From positions 1-27,179 of the IMG/VR virus record IMGVR_UViG_3300020413_000062: a stretch of 27,179 nucleotides of DNA. One strand, written 5' to 3'. How positions within the stretch are numbered: position 1 is the stretch's first letter; each line of letters opens with the position of its first letter. The notes below the pieces were generated by a model. That model was given only the letters and a program-made list of their open reading frames with translations, was not told where the DNA came from and did not search any database. The position numbers were made by a program, and so were the translations under genes. Positions 25,848-27,179 of the stretch are shown here, one piece after another. The DNA comes from a virus (lineage: Duplodnaviria > Caudoviricetes).

Positions 25848-25855
25848 TATTTATA
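25848..25855 (-). promoter_or_regulatory. T4 late promoter TATAAATA
   Basis: Exact consensus immediately after the upstream stop codon. Confidence 0.8.
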
Positions 25856-27178
25856 TCAAGAAACATGTGACATAAAATTCTTGTGACTGGCTTGAGCATG
25901 TTTCTGCATATCTGTTTTCTGAGCGGGTTTACTGTCCATATACTTCTTCAGAAACTTAGCAGCGTGCATTTTTGATATATCATGCGTTTTACCATCATGG
26001 AATTGAACACCCTTGCCAACTGTCATAGTTTTTCTCAGTTGTGGAATGATATGTTCAATCTCCTTAGCATTTGATGCACCACTCACCTTGGGCTTACTGT
26101 CCTTTTTTAAAGGGGCAAGTCCTCTTTTGTCATCCTGTGCGTAATCTCTCTTGGCATCAGCAGCGGCAGATGCTTCCTCTAATTCCCACGATTCATTTTT
26201 TGCAGTGTGAGCATCATCGACATGATTGAAGAACTTTTTCTTCTCATCAGCAGACATTTGAGCAAGAGATTTACCTGTTTTCTTGAGCATTGCATTGAAC
26301 TTAGCTTTGTAATCCATTTCAAACAATGCATCTAATTCTTCGTCAGTCCAATCCTCGGCATATACAAATCCTCTTTTGACTGCAAACTTAGCGCGGTCTT
26401 TGGATACCTTTTTCACCTGTTGTGTCTTAGGATTTGCAATCAAGGTATTTTTCTTCGCCATCTTTTTCATAGATGAACCCTGAGTTTTCCCTGCCTTCTT
26501 GGCATCTTTGTGTGCCTGATAAATGTCAAGTGTGTTCTTAGCAACACCCTCGTCAACGGAATCTAATTTGTCAAGAAGTTCTTGATCCACATCATCCGTC
26601 ATGTAACCTTTCATAGGCCCTTTCTTGATTGTACCCTTTTTAATGGTATCGGACAATTTTTCTCGTTTGGCCATACTCTTAGCCTTCGCTCGTTTCCCAG
26701 CGGCGGCAGCAGCCTTATTTGAAATTCTCATTCCACCAGTATTTGCAGATGGATTATCGTTTGCCATCGTACCATACTCGTCTAACTGGTGTTCTTCTTT
26801 CATGCCTGGGTCTGTTTCTTTCTCCATGTCAGCAGACTTTTTGCTCATACGTTTTGCTTTCTTCTGAGCTTTGAGGCGTTCTTCTTCCTCTTGGTCTGTG
26901 GCCATGCGTTTAAAGGCACCCTCTTCGACTTTTGCTCTTTCAGCGGCCGCCTTTGCTTTAGCAAAAGGATTGCCTGGTTGGAATTGGAATCCTGACATTA
27001 GTTTATCTCCTTTGACGGTTAAGTCTTCTCCGTAACGGCCCCTGTCACGGTTACCGTCACCATTTAATTCTGTTTGGTCTTGTTGGACATCTTTAAAACT
27101 GCTTTCTTTCAGATGATGTTCATTGTCTTTTATAAACTTGTGTAACTGGTCTGTGTGGTGAACTCCGTGATATTTGAT
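25856..27178 (-). CDS. Putative internal head/prohead-core protein; frame open to the window end, with a strong start at 26998
   Basis: K/E/A-rich with repeated hydrophobic-x-E sites. Hand translation shows no stop from 27178 to 26998 in the same frame; AAGGAG RBS at 27012-27007. Confidence 0.8.
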   Translation of the reverse strand: MKYHGVHHTDQLHKFIKDNEHHLKESSFKDVQQDQTELNGDGNRDRGRYGEDLTVKGDKLMSGFQFQPGNPFAKAKAAAERAKVEEGAFKRMATDQEEEERLKAQKKAKRMSKKSADMEKETDPGMKEEHQLDEYGTMANDNPSANTGGMRISNKAAAAAGKRAKAKSMAKREKLSDTIKKGTIKKGPMKGYMTDDVDQELLDKLDSVDEGVAKNTLDIYQAHKDAKKAGKTQGSSMKKMAKKNTLIANPKTQQVKKVSKDRAKFAVKRGFVYAEDWTDEELDALFEMDYKAKFNAMLKKTGKSLAQMSADEKKKFFNHVDDAHTAKNESWELEEASAAADAKRDYAQDDKRGLAPLKKDSKPKVSGASNAKEIEHIIPQLRKTMTVGKGVQFHDGKTHDISKMHAAKFLKKYMDSKPAQKTDMQKHAQASHKNFMSHVS

Positions 27179-27179
27179 A

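Noticed and set aside
1893-26995. Numerous plus-strand ORFs and nested alternative-frame minus ORFs in the track
   Set aside because: They are antisense or off-frame shadows of well-supported minus-strand genes, with no motifs or RBS.
1-27179. CRISPR array, tRNA genes, transposase/integrase, or reverse transcriptase (retron/DGR)
   Set aside because: No regularly spaced direct repeats, cloverleaf motifs or corresponding protein motifs were seen. The dispersed repeats are explained as promoters.

Overview
This is a 27 kb fragment of a large T4-like myovirus, probably marine and probably infecting a proteobacterium (inferred from the NrdA type and IHF-like boxes). Almost all genes lie on the minus strand. 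From right to left it carries a late/virion module with T4 late promoters (TATAAATA), gp61 primase, thyX, a class Ia RNR cluster (nrdA, QueC-like gene, glutaredoxin, nrdB), dCMP deaminase, interspersed modification-type enzymes (methyltransferase, 2OG-Fe(II)-like, three SGNH-like, glycosyltransferase-like), T4 RNase H, and a block of small early genes behind repeated sigma70-type promoters. The most striking unexplained element is a GC-rich, ~290-nt, multi-helix and probably pseudoknotted non-coding segment (~533->248, minus strand). It sits directly behind one of these promoters and a 3-codon minigene (MTG*), and it matches no RNA family I can recognise. Other notable points: a 4-copy early promoter family with GATC at the -10 box in an otherwise GATC-poor window, IHF-consensus boxes beside the promoters, a probably leaderless primase mRNA, a nested hairpin-flanked start inside a head protein, and separate GIY-YIG and NUMOD3 ORFs. 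All assignments are from visual motif recognition; no searches were run.
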